Shown piece after piece: positions 35,581 to 45,200 of a stretch of DNA of 64,000 bases. The DNA is taken from assembly GCA_036172245.1 (NCBI GenBank), contig JAYWIR010000081.1:248001-312000 (forward strand). Reading direction: 5' to 3'. The notes beneath the pieces are model-generated. The model was not told the origin of the DNA. It did no database searches and worked only from the letters and a program-made list of their open reading frames with translations. Position numbers and translations under genes: made by a program. The stretch comes from Raillietiella orientalis. Its lineage: Eukaryota. Each line of letters starts with the position of its first letter. The stretch's first letter is position 1.

Positions 35581-37247
35581 ATGCCCGAGGACGCCGCAAA
35601 GACGGCGGAGGGGGGCGAGCGAGCCTCGTCCCCCCAGCCCATGGATGTGGGGGCCATCTCCCCCACGGAATCGTCCCCCGCCCCGGCGAGGGCTTGGAGC
35701 GCGGTGGGGGCGGCGCCTGCGCCGCCCCCCGCAGAGGAACAGCGGGCCTATATGGCCGACGGCTACAACCCGGCCCTACTTTACAAGGTAGGTGGCCTGT
35801 ACTCCCCCGCGGTGTTACGATCGTTCGCCGCGGAGTTTAAAAAGTTGAAAGTCCCGGAGGACGAAGTCCTCGGGCTTTCGGTTAGGAGTGGCGGGCAGCT
35901 GGTTGAGCTGAACTGCAAATCTGCAGGGATGGCTCAGCAGCTGCTCCGCCTGCCGGTGACCGTGAACGGGCGAAGGATCTTCCCGTTCACGGCGGACAAC
36001 TCCATCGTGGTGCATTTGACCGGCATAACGATGCGCATGGCAAAGAGCGCCGTGCGAGAATCGTTAGAGAAGTTCGGGACCGTTCACGCGTTGTGGGCAA
36101 AACCCAATGTCCTGGGTTACACCAGGGCAGTTAGTGGTTACGCCGCTGCGCGTGTGACGGTACGTGCCGAGGGTGGGCTACCCCACAGACTGCAGGTCGG
36201 GGAGGAGGAGATCGACCTGTGGTATGTGGGGAAACCCGTATACTGCGGCTTTTGCCAGGTGTCGGGGCATTTAAAAAAGAAATGCCCCAACATCGTGTGC
36301 TTGGGCTGTGGGGAGAAGGGGCACATCAGGCGGATGTGCCCCAACCGAAAAGGTCCGTTCCGTCAGGCGCGAGGAAGGAAGAGACGCCGAAGGAAAAGGA
36401 CCGAAGCCAACAACTGGCAGAATCCCGCCCTGCCGACCAACCCGCTACTCAGGCATCCACCAGCGAACAACCAGCTGGAGAAAGCGCCGAGAACGAGGAA
36501 GGTTGGCAAAAGGTAGAACGGAAGAAGCCCCAGAAGAAGGAGGCAAAAAAGATAAACAAGGCGGCGCCGAAAAAGCAGAAACCGGTCGTCCGCGCTTGTA
36601 CGGTGAAGATCGAACGCGTCTCGATCGCCAGAGCCGTAAAGAAAGTAACGGTAAAGGCGATCGATACCGTCGATCCTGAGCCGGTCGTGCCCGCAGTGAC
36701 GTCACCATCAGCTGACGACAATGCCGTTCCGGCATTGCCAGCGAAGGACGTCTGCGCGCCGATCGATGAAGCCGCCCCTGTCGCGCCTGCGCAAAGCGTC
36801 GGTGCGGAAAGCGAGGAGGCGGCGCGCATAACGGACGCGACCTTCGCGCAGGCCGCGGAAGAGCTGGCAGCCATGTTACGGCAGCCTGCCAAGGCCGAGA
36901 AGAAGGCCATGAGACGACCGGCAACGGTGAAGGGCCCGGAAAATTCCGAGTCCGAAACCGAAGCCGGTTGTTCTACTTCCGCAGCCGTGCCGAAGAGGAA
37001 GGCTGGCAAGAAGACCGGTTGCCCGAGACGGGTCGCCCCTCCGCAGGTGGAGGAGGCCATGTCCTCGGGCACGGAGGAGGAGGCAATGTGCGTCGCGCCA
37101 CGCGACCCCTCCCCGATCCGTGTCTCGGAAGCCAGCCCCATGGAAGTCGCTGTGGACGACGTGCTCCCGTGTGAGCAGCCGACCGTCGTCACGGCCGCCA
37201 ACAAGCCGCCTCCCGCAAGGGAGGAGGCCGCCTCCACCCCACAATAA
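35581..37247 (+). pseudogene. ORF1 of family D, with a one-base frameshift in an A-run near 36348
   Basis: CGFCQVSGHLKKKC and CLGCGEKGHIRRMC. CCGAAAAGG here versus CGAAAAAGG in copy 2 (41941), which stays in frame. Confidence 0.85.
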
Positions 37248-37255
37248 ACGCATCA

Positions 37256-40200
37256 GTGCGTGGGCTCGCCTTCTGCCGCCGCTTGCGCATCACCTGTTGG
37301 AATGTCAACGGGTTGCGCGACGGCGGAAAGAGGCGAGATGTAGCCGCCATACTGCGAGACTTCGACCTGGTGCTCCTGCAAGAGACGCACGTTCTCCGAC
37401 CGGGAGATGTCCAGGAAATCGAAAGAATCGCGGGGGGGCGGCTACTGTGGAGGAACGGAACGGACAACTCCTGCGGAGTGGCCTTTCTGCTAAAGCCAAC
37501 CGTCGACAACTCACTGCGCAGTGCACGGTTCGACGGGGATGGTCGAGTTGGGCAGCTTGTGTTCAAGTGGTCCGACTCGATCGACCTCGTAGTCACGAAC
37601 CTGTACGCTCCGGTGAGCAGTCACAGGGCCGAGGAACGCACTGCGTTCTTCGAAACCTTGCGGCGAGACTGGTTGGCCGAAGCAGGCGTGCGAAGGGCGC
37701 ACCTCATTGCGGGCGATTTCAATCTCCGCCTGCTGGCAGGTGCGCCCAGCGGACGAGCACAGCTGGTCAACGAATTGTGCGCAGCCATGCATGCGCGCAA
37801 CTTGTTGGCCGGCGATGCCGGGAGAGATCGGAACATCGACCACATGTTCCTCGACAACCACCTGTGCACGCGGGTGGGAACTCGAGGAACGCTCCCGGCA
37901 GAGCTGTCCGACCATCCACGGCTCGTGCTCGAGTTACATCCGCGCAATAAGGGCCCTCCCCTGAAAACATGGCACCTGCCAGGGGATTGGTTGCGCCTCG
38001 CAGGAGCGGCGGAACATCTACGCTGTTTCCTGCGAGGATTCCAGCTTCAGACGCTCGCGGACTGGGACGAAATGAAGTGCTCAGTCCGTGAGTTTTGCGA
38101 CCAGTTTCCGCTGGAACGTCTTCCGCCGGGCTTCGGTGAGGGTGTCAGGAACGAGCGGGCGTACCTCCAGGCGCGCCGTTATTCCCGGCGTCCCGACGTC
38201 CGTCGCCTGGCTGAATTCAAGGCTGAGGCGGAGAGGCAGGCCTGGCAGTCAGGCTCGGCCTGCCTGCTGGATCATCAGGGCCAAGAACGCTCCAGCCCAG
38301 CCCTGGTAAGCCGCATCGTGCGGGAGTTTTATTCCTCCTTGTACGCGCCACTGACACCTGAGCGCCATTTCGCGCAGCGCCTGCTGCCGGATGGCGCTCC
38401 CGCGCTCAAGGAGGAGGACCGTTCCAGATTGGCGGAACCGTTCACGATGGCGGAGATCATCTCCGCCATCAACAGGCTAAAGAGAAGGAAGGCACCAGGG
38501 GAGGACGGCCTGCCCGCGGAGTTTTACCATCGCTTCGCGCCAGAGCTGGCCCCCCTGGTGCTCAGGTTAAGTGCGCTGATCCGCGAACACGGCGAAGTTC
38601 CCGCCTCGTTCCGGTCAGCTAAATTACGTCTCCTGCCGAAGTCAGGAGACTTACGCAACATTGGCAACTGGCGTCCCATCACAGTAGTGAATGCGGACGC
38701 AAAGTTGTATGCCAAGTTGTGGGCTGAGCGTTTGGGGCGGGTGCCCGCTTCCGTGGTGAGTCCCGAGCAGACCTATGCTGTTCCCGGACGAACCATGGAG
38801 GCCAACCTGCTCCTCGCCAGCTCATGGTGGCAGTTGCGACAACGCGTTGCACACGACGGTCAAGGGAGCCTCGCGCCCTTCTCTGACCAAGAAGATCGGG
38901 CAGAGGGTGGGATGGATTCGGCGGGAGCCTTTGCCGTCGCGGTCGATTTGCACAAAGCATTCGACTGCGTCGACCAGGATCTCCTTCTGGAGCTCCTGGA
39001 ACGCATGGGTTTCCCTGCCGTGCTCCAGTCCTACCTGCGCTGCTGCTGGCGCAACGCGTCAATAAATATTGGTTTTAGCGGCCGGCACGTGTACGGTGTG
39101 CCAGTGCGCCGCGGCATCCGGCAGGGTGACAGCCTGAGCCCCTTGCTCTTCAGCATCTACTTCGAGTTGGTGCTGAGGGCATATAGGGTAACTCTGGCAA
39201 CCCTGCCGAGCTCGTGTGCCGGCACGCCTGCCGTGTCGGCCTATGCAGACGATCTTCTGCTGCTGCTTCCCGGGTCCACCCCGGCGAGTGCACTCGAGGA
39301 CTTCTTCGAGTTGCTGCGCCGCGGGACGGGCCTGGAGGTGAACAGGGCGAAGTCGTCCATGGTCTTCGTCGGTTCGGCGTGGGCTGGACAGTCGGACTGG
39401 ATCCGCTTGGGGATCCCCACGGGCAGGTGCTTCAAGTACCTCGGCGTACCGTTGGGGGACTTCTGCGCAGCAGAAGCCTGGTCCGACCGTCTCCAAAAGG
39501 CAGCGTTGGCGATCGGTCCGTTCCAAGAAGGCAAGTTCTACTTGCAGGAACGGGCCGCGGTGTGGAACGCGTTTGCGGCTCCCCTCCTTCGCCCCCTACT
39601 TTTTGTTTGCCCCGCCCCTTATTTTATTCGAAAACGAGCAGCGGGCCTCCTGAGGACAGTCCTTTGGGGCAAAGGGAGGTCCCGTGTGAGGCTCAAAGAC
39701 TTGTGCGCTCCACGTAAGGACGGTGGACTTGGCTTACTTACGCTGGAGCGCATCGAAATACAACTTCGATTCAGGACTCTCGCCCTTGCGGCAGAATTGT
39801 GGGACACGCCTTGGTGCGTTCCAGCACGCCTCCTGGCCCAACAAGCCTGCGGAATCGGCGGACTTTTGTCGTTTCTGTCTGCGCGCGTCTGCAGAAGACC
39901 ATACTGTGGCTCTATGCTGCGACGCATCTTTGTTGCGGTTCGGGAGAACGCCTGGATCTCCTGCCTCCCAGGGAACTACTCCGCCTGGTTGCACGAGTCA
40001 GTCTCCACCTGGGTAAAGACCCACGTTCCGGCGGGCACAAGGAACACTTGTATGAAAAGGCACGCCCGCTGGACGCTGCAGGAGATCGTGCAGTCCCACG
40101 ACAAGCTTCTGTGGGCCTTGATAACCCCCCTCTCCCCAGTGCTGCCCTTCCTTGTGAATGCCAGGGACAGTAGCGAGCAGGGGAAATGGACCGTGTCCTG

Positions 40201-40813
40201 CACTATAGGCGGCAGGACACAATCGATAAAGGCGTGGACATCTCGGCAGCTAGCTGACGCTGCGACGCCGAGTGTCCCGCCCAACGGAATTCGACGCTGG
40301 GGCGAGCTACTCGGACTATCTCCGGAGGAGATGAAGTGGCCCCCAGCGTCCTGGAACCGTGCATCCCTCCCCCTGAAATGGCAGGATGTGGCGTTGCTTG
40401 TGGTCCTCTGGGGACTTCCATTCAAAGCACGCCTTCATCACACAACCCGGGGGGCTGTGGATCCTTATTGTGGCCGGTGCGGGGAAAAAGAGACCTTCCC
40501 CCACCTTCTCATCGAGTGCAGTGCCATCCGCCCTTTATGGGATCGTCTCGCGGCGATCCTGGACTTGCGCGGATTCGGCCCAAAGGACGTTTTCATGCGC
40601 CTCTTCTGTAGTGACGCCTTCTCCCCGCCCGCTAGTGTAGCAGTCCTCTGCTGCATCAGAGGAATAGTGGCGGCTTGGAACGCCACCAGAAGAAGGCGTC
40701 AGCCAACCGGCAACGCCTTACACTGGACTCGCGTTTTCGCGCGAAGTGTCTGCAAGTGGCGCCACTTGGGCGCTGAAAGGACGAAGCTTGTGCGGATCCT
40801 GAATAGGATCTAG
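37256..40813 (+). CDS. Intact ORF2 polyprotein, 1185 aa: APE endonuclease + reverse transcriptase + CCHC zinc finger
   Basis: WNVNG, LQETH, NLYAP, GDFN, IDH, SDH; APGEDG, NWRPI, DLHKAFD, RQGDSLSP, YADD, KYLG; CGRCGEKETFPHLLIEC. Confidence 0.96.
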   Translation: MRGLAFCRRLRITCWNVNGLRDGGKRRDVAAILRDFDLVLLQETHVLRPGDVQEIERIAGGRLLWRNGTDNSCGVAFLLKPTVDNSLRSARFDGDGRVGQLVFKWSDSIDLVVTNLYAPVSSHRAEERTAFFETLRRDWLAEAGVRRAHLIAGDFNLRLLAGAPSGRAQLVNELCAAMHARNLLAGDAGRDRNIDHMFLDNHLCTRVGTRGTLPAELSDHPRLVLELHPRNKGPPLKTWHLPGDWLRLAGAAEHLRCFLRGFQLQTLADWDEMKCSVREFCDQFPLERLPPGFGEGVRNERAYLQARRYSRRPDVRRLAEFKAEAERQAWQSGSACLLDHQGQERSSPALVSRIVREFYSSLYAPLTPERHFAQRLLPDGAPALKEEDRSRLAEPFTMAEIISAINRLKRRKAPGEDGLPAEFYHRFAPELAPLVLRLSALIREHGEVPASFRSAKLRLLPKSGDLRNIGNWRPITVVNADAKLYAKLWAERLGRVPASVVSPEQTYAVPGRTMEANLLLASSWWQLRQRVAHDGQGSLAPFSDQEDRAEGGMDSAGAFAVAVDLHKAFDCVDQDLLLELLERMGFPAVLQSYLRCCWRNASINIGFSGRHVYGVPVRRGIRQGDSLSPLLFSIYFELVLRAYRVTLATLPSSCAGTPAVSAYADDLLLLLPGSTPASALEDFFELLRRGTGLEVNRAKSSMVFVGSAWAGQSDWIRLGIPTGRCFKYLGVPLGDFCAAEAWSDRLQKAALAIGPFQEGKFYLQERAAVWNAFAAPLLRPLLFVCPAPYFIRKRAAGLLRTVLWGKGRSRVRLKDLCAPRKDGGLGLLTLERIEIQLRFRTLALAAELWDTPWCVPARLLAQQACGIGGLLSFLSARVCRRPYCGSMLRRIFVAVRENAWISCLPGNYSAWLHESVSTWVKTHVPAGTRNTCMKRHARWTLQEIVQSHDKLLWALITPLSPVLPFLVNARDSSEQGKWTVSCTIGGRTQSIKAWTSRQLADAATPSVPPNGIRRWGELLGLSPEEMKWPPASWNRASLPLKWQDVALLVVLWGLPFKARLHHTTRGAVDPYCGRCGEKETFPHLLIECSAIRPLWDRLAAILDLRGFGPKDVFMRLFCSDAFSPPASVAVLCCIRGIVAAWNATRRRRQPTGNALHWTRVFARSVCKWRHLGAERTKLVRILNRI

Positions 40814-41042
40814 AGGACCTCTCCACGCGCACCGTGATCCCTTCCCCGCCCTCCCATCCCTACAACATTTGTTCCCCCCCCCACATTTGAACTTTTTGTT
40901 TCTTTTTGTTTTTCTTTATTTCCCATCCCCGCGCATCGGAAGGACCTCTCCGGCACGGAGCCGGTAACCAGCAAGCTGTTATGGAGTGGTGAACCTTCGG
41001 GTTCGCCACGCGACATTTCTTCTGTTATTTTATTTTTTATGA

Positions 41043-41067
41043 AATAAATGCCCCGGCACATCCGGGT
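41043..41067 (+). terminator. Conserved element 3' terminus: AATAAA + CCCGG-N5-CCGGG hairpin (representative of nine instances)
   Basis: AATAAATGCCCCGGCACATCCGGGT; homologues near 6340, 15689, 19173, 27799, 28464, 31553, 47906 and 52284. Confidence 0.75.
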
Positions 41068-41093
41068 GTGAACAACCCGCCGCCTGAGAGGGT

Positions 41094-41100
41094 GGACGTG
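41094..41100 (+). promoter_or_regulatory. Conserved 5' motif (G/A)GACGTG, DPE-like internal promoter element (representative)
   Basis: Near the 5' ends of A (19140-19146, 24800-24806, minus), B (11503-11509 minus, 54342), D (41094, 52326), E (42300) and F (30367). Confidence 0.5.
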
Positions 41101-42297
41101 CTTTTGTGGTGCTCCGCGTTTTTCTCGCGAGTGTTTTCGGAGTTTTCAGGGTTGAGCGGTTGTTCCTGGGCAGGGATGCCCGAGGACGCCGCAAAGACGG
41201 CAGAGGGGGGCGAGCGAGCCTCGTCCCCCCAGCCCATGGATGTGGGGGCCATCTCCCCCACGGAATCGTCCCCCGCCCCGGCGAGGGCTTGGAGCGCGGT
41301 GGTGGCGGCGCCTGCGCCGCTCCCCGCAGAGGAACAGCGGGCCTACATGGCCGACGGGTATAACCCGGCCTTGTTATACAAGGTAGGTGGCCTGTACTCC
41401 CCCGCGGTTTTGCGGTCGTTCGCGGCCGAGTTCAAAAAATTAAAAGTCCCGGAGGACGAAGTCCTCGGACTTTCGGTAAGGAGTGGCGGGCAGCTGGTTG
41501 AGCTGAACTGCAAGTCTGCAGGGATGGCTCAGCAGCTGCTCCGCCTGCCGGTCACCGTGAACGGGAGAAGGATCTTCCCGTTCACGGCCGACAATTCGAT
41601 CGTGGTGCATTTGACCGGCATAACGATGCGCATGGCAACGAGCGCCGTGCGAGAATCGTCAGAGAAGTTCGGGAGCGTTCACGCGTTGTGGGCAAAACCC
41701 AATGTCCTGGGTTACACCAGGGCATTTAGTGGTTACGCCGCTGCGCGCGTGACGGTACGTGCCGAGGGTGGGCTACCCCACAGACTGCAGGTCGGGGAGG
41801 AGGAGATCGACCTGTGGTATGTGGGGAAACCCGCATACTGCGGCTTTTGCCAGGTGTCGGGGCACCTGAAGAAGAAATGCCCCAACATCGTGTGCTTGGG
41901 CTGTGGGGAGAAGGGGCACATCAGGCGGATGTGCCCGAACCGAAAAAGGTCCGTTCCGTCAGGCGCGAGAAAGGATGAGACGCCGAAGGAAAAGGACCGA
42001 AGCCAACAACTGGCAGAACCCCGCCCTGCCGATTAACCCGCTACTCAGGCATCCACCAGCGAACAACCAGCTGGAGAAAGCGCCGAGAACGAGGAAGGGC
42101 GGCAAAAGGTAGAAAGGAAGAAGCCCCAGAAGAAGGAGGCAAAAAAGATAAACAAGTCGGCGCCGAAAAAGCAGAAACCGGTCGTCCGCGCTTGTACGGT
42201 GAAGATCGAACGCGTCTCGATCGCCAGAGCCGTAAAGAAAGTAACGGTAAAGGCGATCGATACCGTCGATCCTGAGCCGGTCGTGCCCGCAGTGACG

Positions 42298-45200
42298 GCA
42301 GACGTGTTTCTTTTGCTGCTCCTGCGTTTTAGCGCGAGGTTGTAGGTTGTGTGGTGTTTGGGCGGTGTTTTGAAGGCAGAAATGCCTGAGGACACCGCCA
42401 ATGCGGAAAAGGGGGACGGGCGTGCCTTGTCCCCTCAGCCCATGGATGTGGGGGCCATCTCCCCCACAGATTCGTCCCCCGCCCCGGCGAGGTCTTGGAG
42501 TGCGGTGGTGGCGGCTCCTGCGCCGCCACCATGCGAGGAACAGCGGGCCTATGAGTCCCACGGATATAACCCGGCCCTACTGTATAAGGTAGGTGGGCTT
42601 TATTCTCCCGCGATGTTGAGAACGTTTGCCGCGGAATTTAAAAAACTGAAAGTGCCGGAAGAAGAAGTTCTCGGGCTTTCCGTTCGCAGTGGCGGTCAGC
42701 TAGTGGAGCTGAACTGCAAAACTGCAGGAATGACTCAGCAGTTGCTGAGATGCCCGGTGACCGTGAACGGGAGAAGGATCTTCCCGTTTACTGCCGACAA
42801 ATCGATCGTCATCCACCTGACCGGGTTGACGATGCGAATGGCGAAAAATGCCGTTAGGCAGGAACTGGAAAAATACGGGACCGTCCACGCTCTCTGGGCT
42901 AAGCCGAACACCCTGGGCTATACTAGGGCGTTCAGTGGCTATGCCGCCGCGCGTGTGACAGTCCGCGAGGATAGTGGTTTACCCCACCGACTTCAGGTCG
43001 ATGAAGAATACATTGATCTGTGGTACATAGGGAAACCCAAATTTTGCGGAAACTGCGAGACTACAGGGCACCTTAAACGGAGGTGCCCCAACATCGTGTG
43101 TCTACGCTGCGGTAACAAGGGCCACGTAAGAAAGGTGTGCCCTCTTCGTTTTGCTTCCACTCCTGTTGGCAACAAGAGAACAGAGTCGCCACAGGAACCG
43201 GACAAACAGGATCCCCAATCGAGTGAAACCTCCCAGACAGGCGAGATATCGACGCCAGTGGAACAAAAACCGGAGGAAGGCGAAACTGTCGCCGAAAACA
43301 GTTGGCAGTTGGTGAAAAAGAAGGAAAGCAAAAAGAAAGGTAAGGCCCCCAAGAAAACGGTGAAAATGGTGGCAAAAACCGTCCGCCGTTCCACCGTGCA
43401 CATCGATCGCGTTCCCGCGAAGGCTTCCACCAGCAAGCCATCGATCGATACCGCACCCGCGGCGTCGATCGATAGAGCGGTTCCGGCTTCGTGCGGCGAA
43501 ATCGCTACGGTCGCGATCGATAGCGCGGCACACGTTGCCGCGATCGAAATTGTTGTTCCAGTCCAGTCCACTGGAAGCGTTGTAGCGGCGAGCGAAAGCT
43601 CAGCCGCTGCGGTTCCGAACGATAGCGCGCCAGTTGCCGCTATCGAATCGGTTGTTACGTCACCCGACTCGCCAACAGGCGGCGAAATCCGTGATGACGT
43701 GGAACGCATCTCTGATGCAAACTTCGCTCAAGCCGCGGAAGAGTTGGCTGCCTTCCGGAGGCAGCCCGTCAAGGCCGAGAAGAAGGCCGTTCGACGCCCG
43801 GCTACGGCAAAAGACCCGGAAACCTCCGAGTTTGACGCCGAAAGCGGGAACTCGCCCTCCGTTGGCTTGCCGAAAAGAAAACATAAAAATGCAACAGGTG
43901 CTCGTAAGCGTGCTGTCACCTCTCAGGAAGAGGTTGAAATGCCATCTGACAGCGAGGAAGAGTCCATGTGCGTTGCACAATGCGACTTCGTGCCTGAGAG
44001 CATCCTTTACCAACTGTTAACACAGTCCACGGCCGACGGAGTGAGCGATGCCCCTGAACACTCCAACGACATGGACCCGGACCACCCGTCTTCTGAACAG
44101 GAGGCGGTTTCTTCCACCCCACCATAACAACACCATTGCGTGGACTCGCCTCCTCTAGCCGCTTGCGAATAACCTGTTGGATCGTCAAAGGGTTGAGCAG
44201 CGACGGGAAGAGGCGAGACGTAGCCGCCATTCTGCGAAACTTCGACCTGGCCATACTGCAAGAGACTCACGTGCTCACAACAGAAGCAGGCCAGGATTTC
44301 GAAAGAATCACAGGAGGGCGGCTACTGTGGAGGAACGGAACAGACTACTCCTGCGGAGTGGCCTTTCTGCTGAAGCCGGCAGTCGAAAACTCTCTGCGTA
44401 GCGTTCGCTTCGACGGGGACGGTCGAGTTGGACAACTTGTTCTCAAGTGGTCCGACTCGATCGACCTCGTAGTCACGAACCTGTACGCGCCAGTGAGCAA
44501 CCACGGGGCCGAGGAACGCACTGCGTTCCTGGAATCCCTGCGGCGAGACTGGCTGGCTGAAGTAGGCGTACGGAAGGCGCACCTCATTGCGGGCGCTTTC
44601 AATCTCCGCCTGCTAGCAGGTGCACCCAACAGACGAGCACAGCTGGTCAACGAGTTGTGCGCAGCAATGAATGCTAGCAACTTGTTGGCCGGTGATACCG
44701 GGAGAGATCGGAACATCGATCACATGTTCCTCGACAACCACCTGTGCACGCGGGTGGGAACTCGTGGAACGCTCCCGGCAGAGCTGTCCGACCATCCACG
44801 GCTCGTGCTCGACCTACATCCGCGCAACAAGGGTCCTCCCCTGAAAACGTGGCGCCTGCCAGGGGACTGGTTGCGCCTCGCAGGAGCGGCGGAACATCTG
44901 CGCGCCTTCCTGCGAGAATTACATCTTCAGACGCTCGCGGACTGGGACGAAATGAAGTACTCAGTCCGCGAGTTTTGCGAACGGTTTCCCCTGGAGCGTC
45001 TTCCTCCGGGCTTCGGAGAAGGTGTCAGGAACGAGCGAGCCTACCTTCAGGCCCGCCGGTATTCCTGACGACCCGACGTTCGTCGCCTGGCGGAATTCAA
45101 AGCTGAGGCGGAGAGGCAGGCCTGGCAGTCAGGCTCGGCCTGCTTGCTGGACCATCAGGGCCAAGAACGCTCCAGCCCAGCTCACGTAAGCCGCATCGTG

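Larger units (their letters stand above)
35490..41072 (+). mobile_element. Family D copy 1, full-length, near-intact Tx1-type element
   Basis: Flanked by CAACCCGCCGCC (35478-35489, 41073-41084); ORF1 with a single frameshift; intact ORF2; complete 3' UTR. Confidence 0.96.

Noticed and set aside
40930..40970. HDV-like ribozyme suggested by GGACCTC(G/T)CCGG in the D, E and X 3' UTRs
   Set aside because: Could not build the nested double pseudoknot; the putative L3 loop is too short and the 3' location is atypical.
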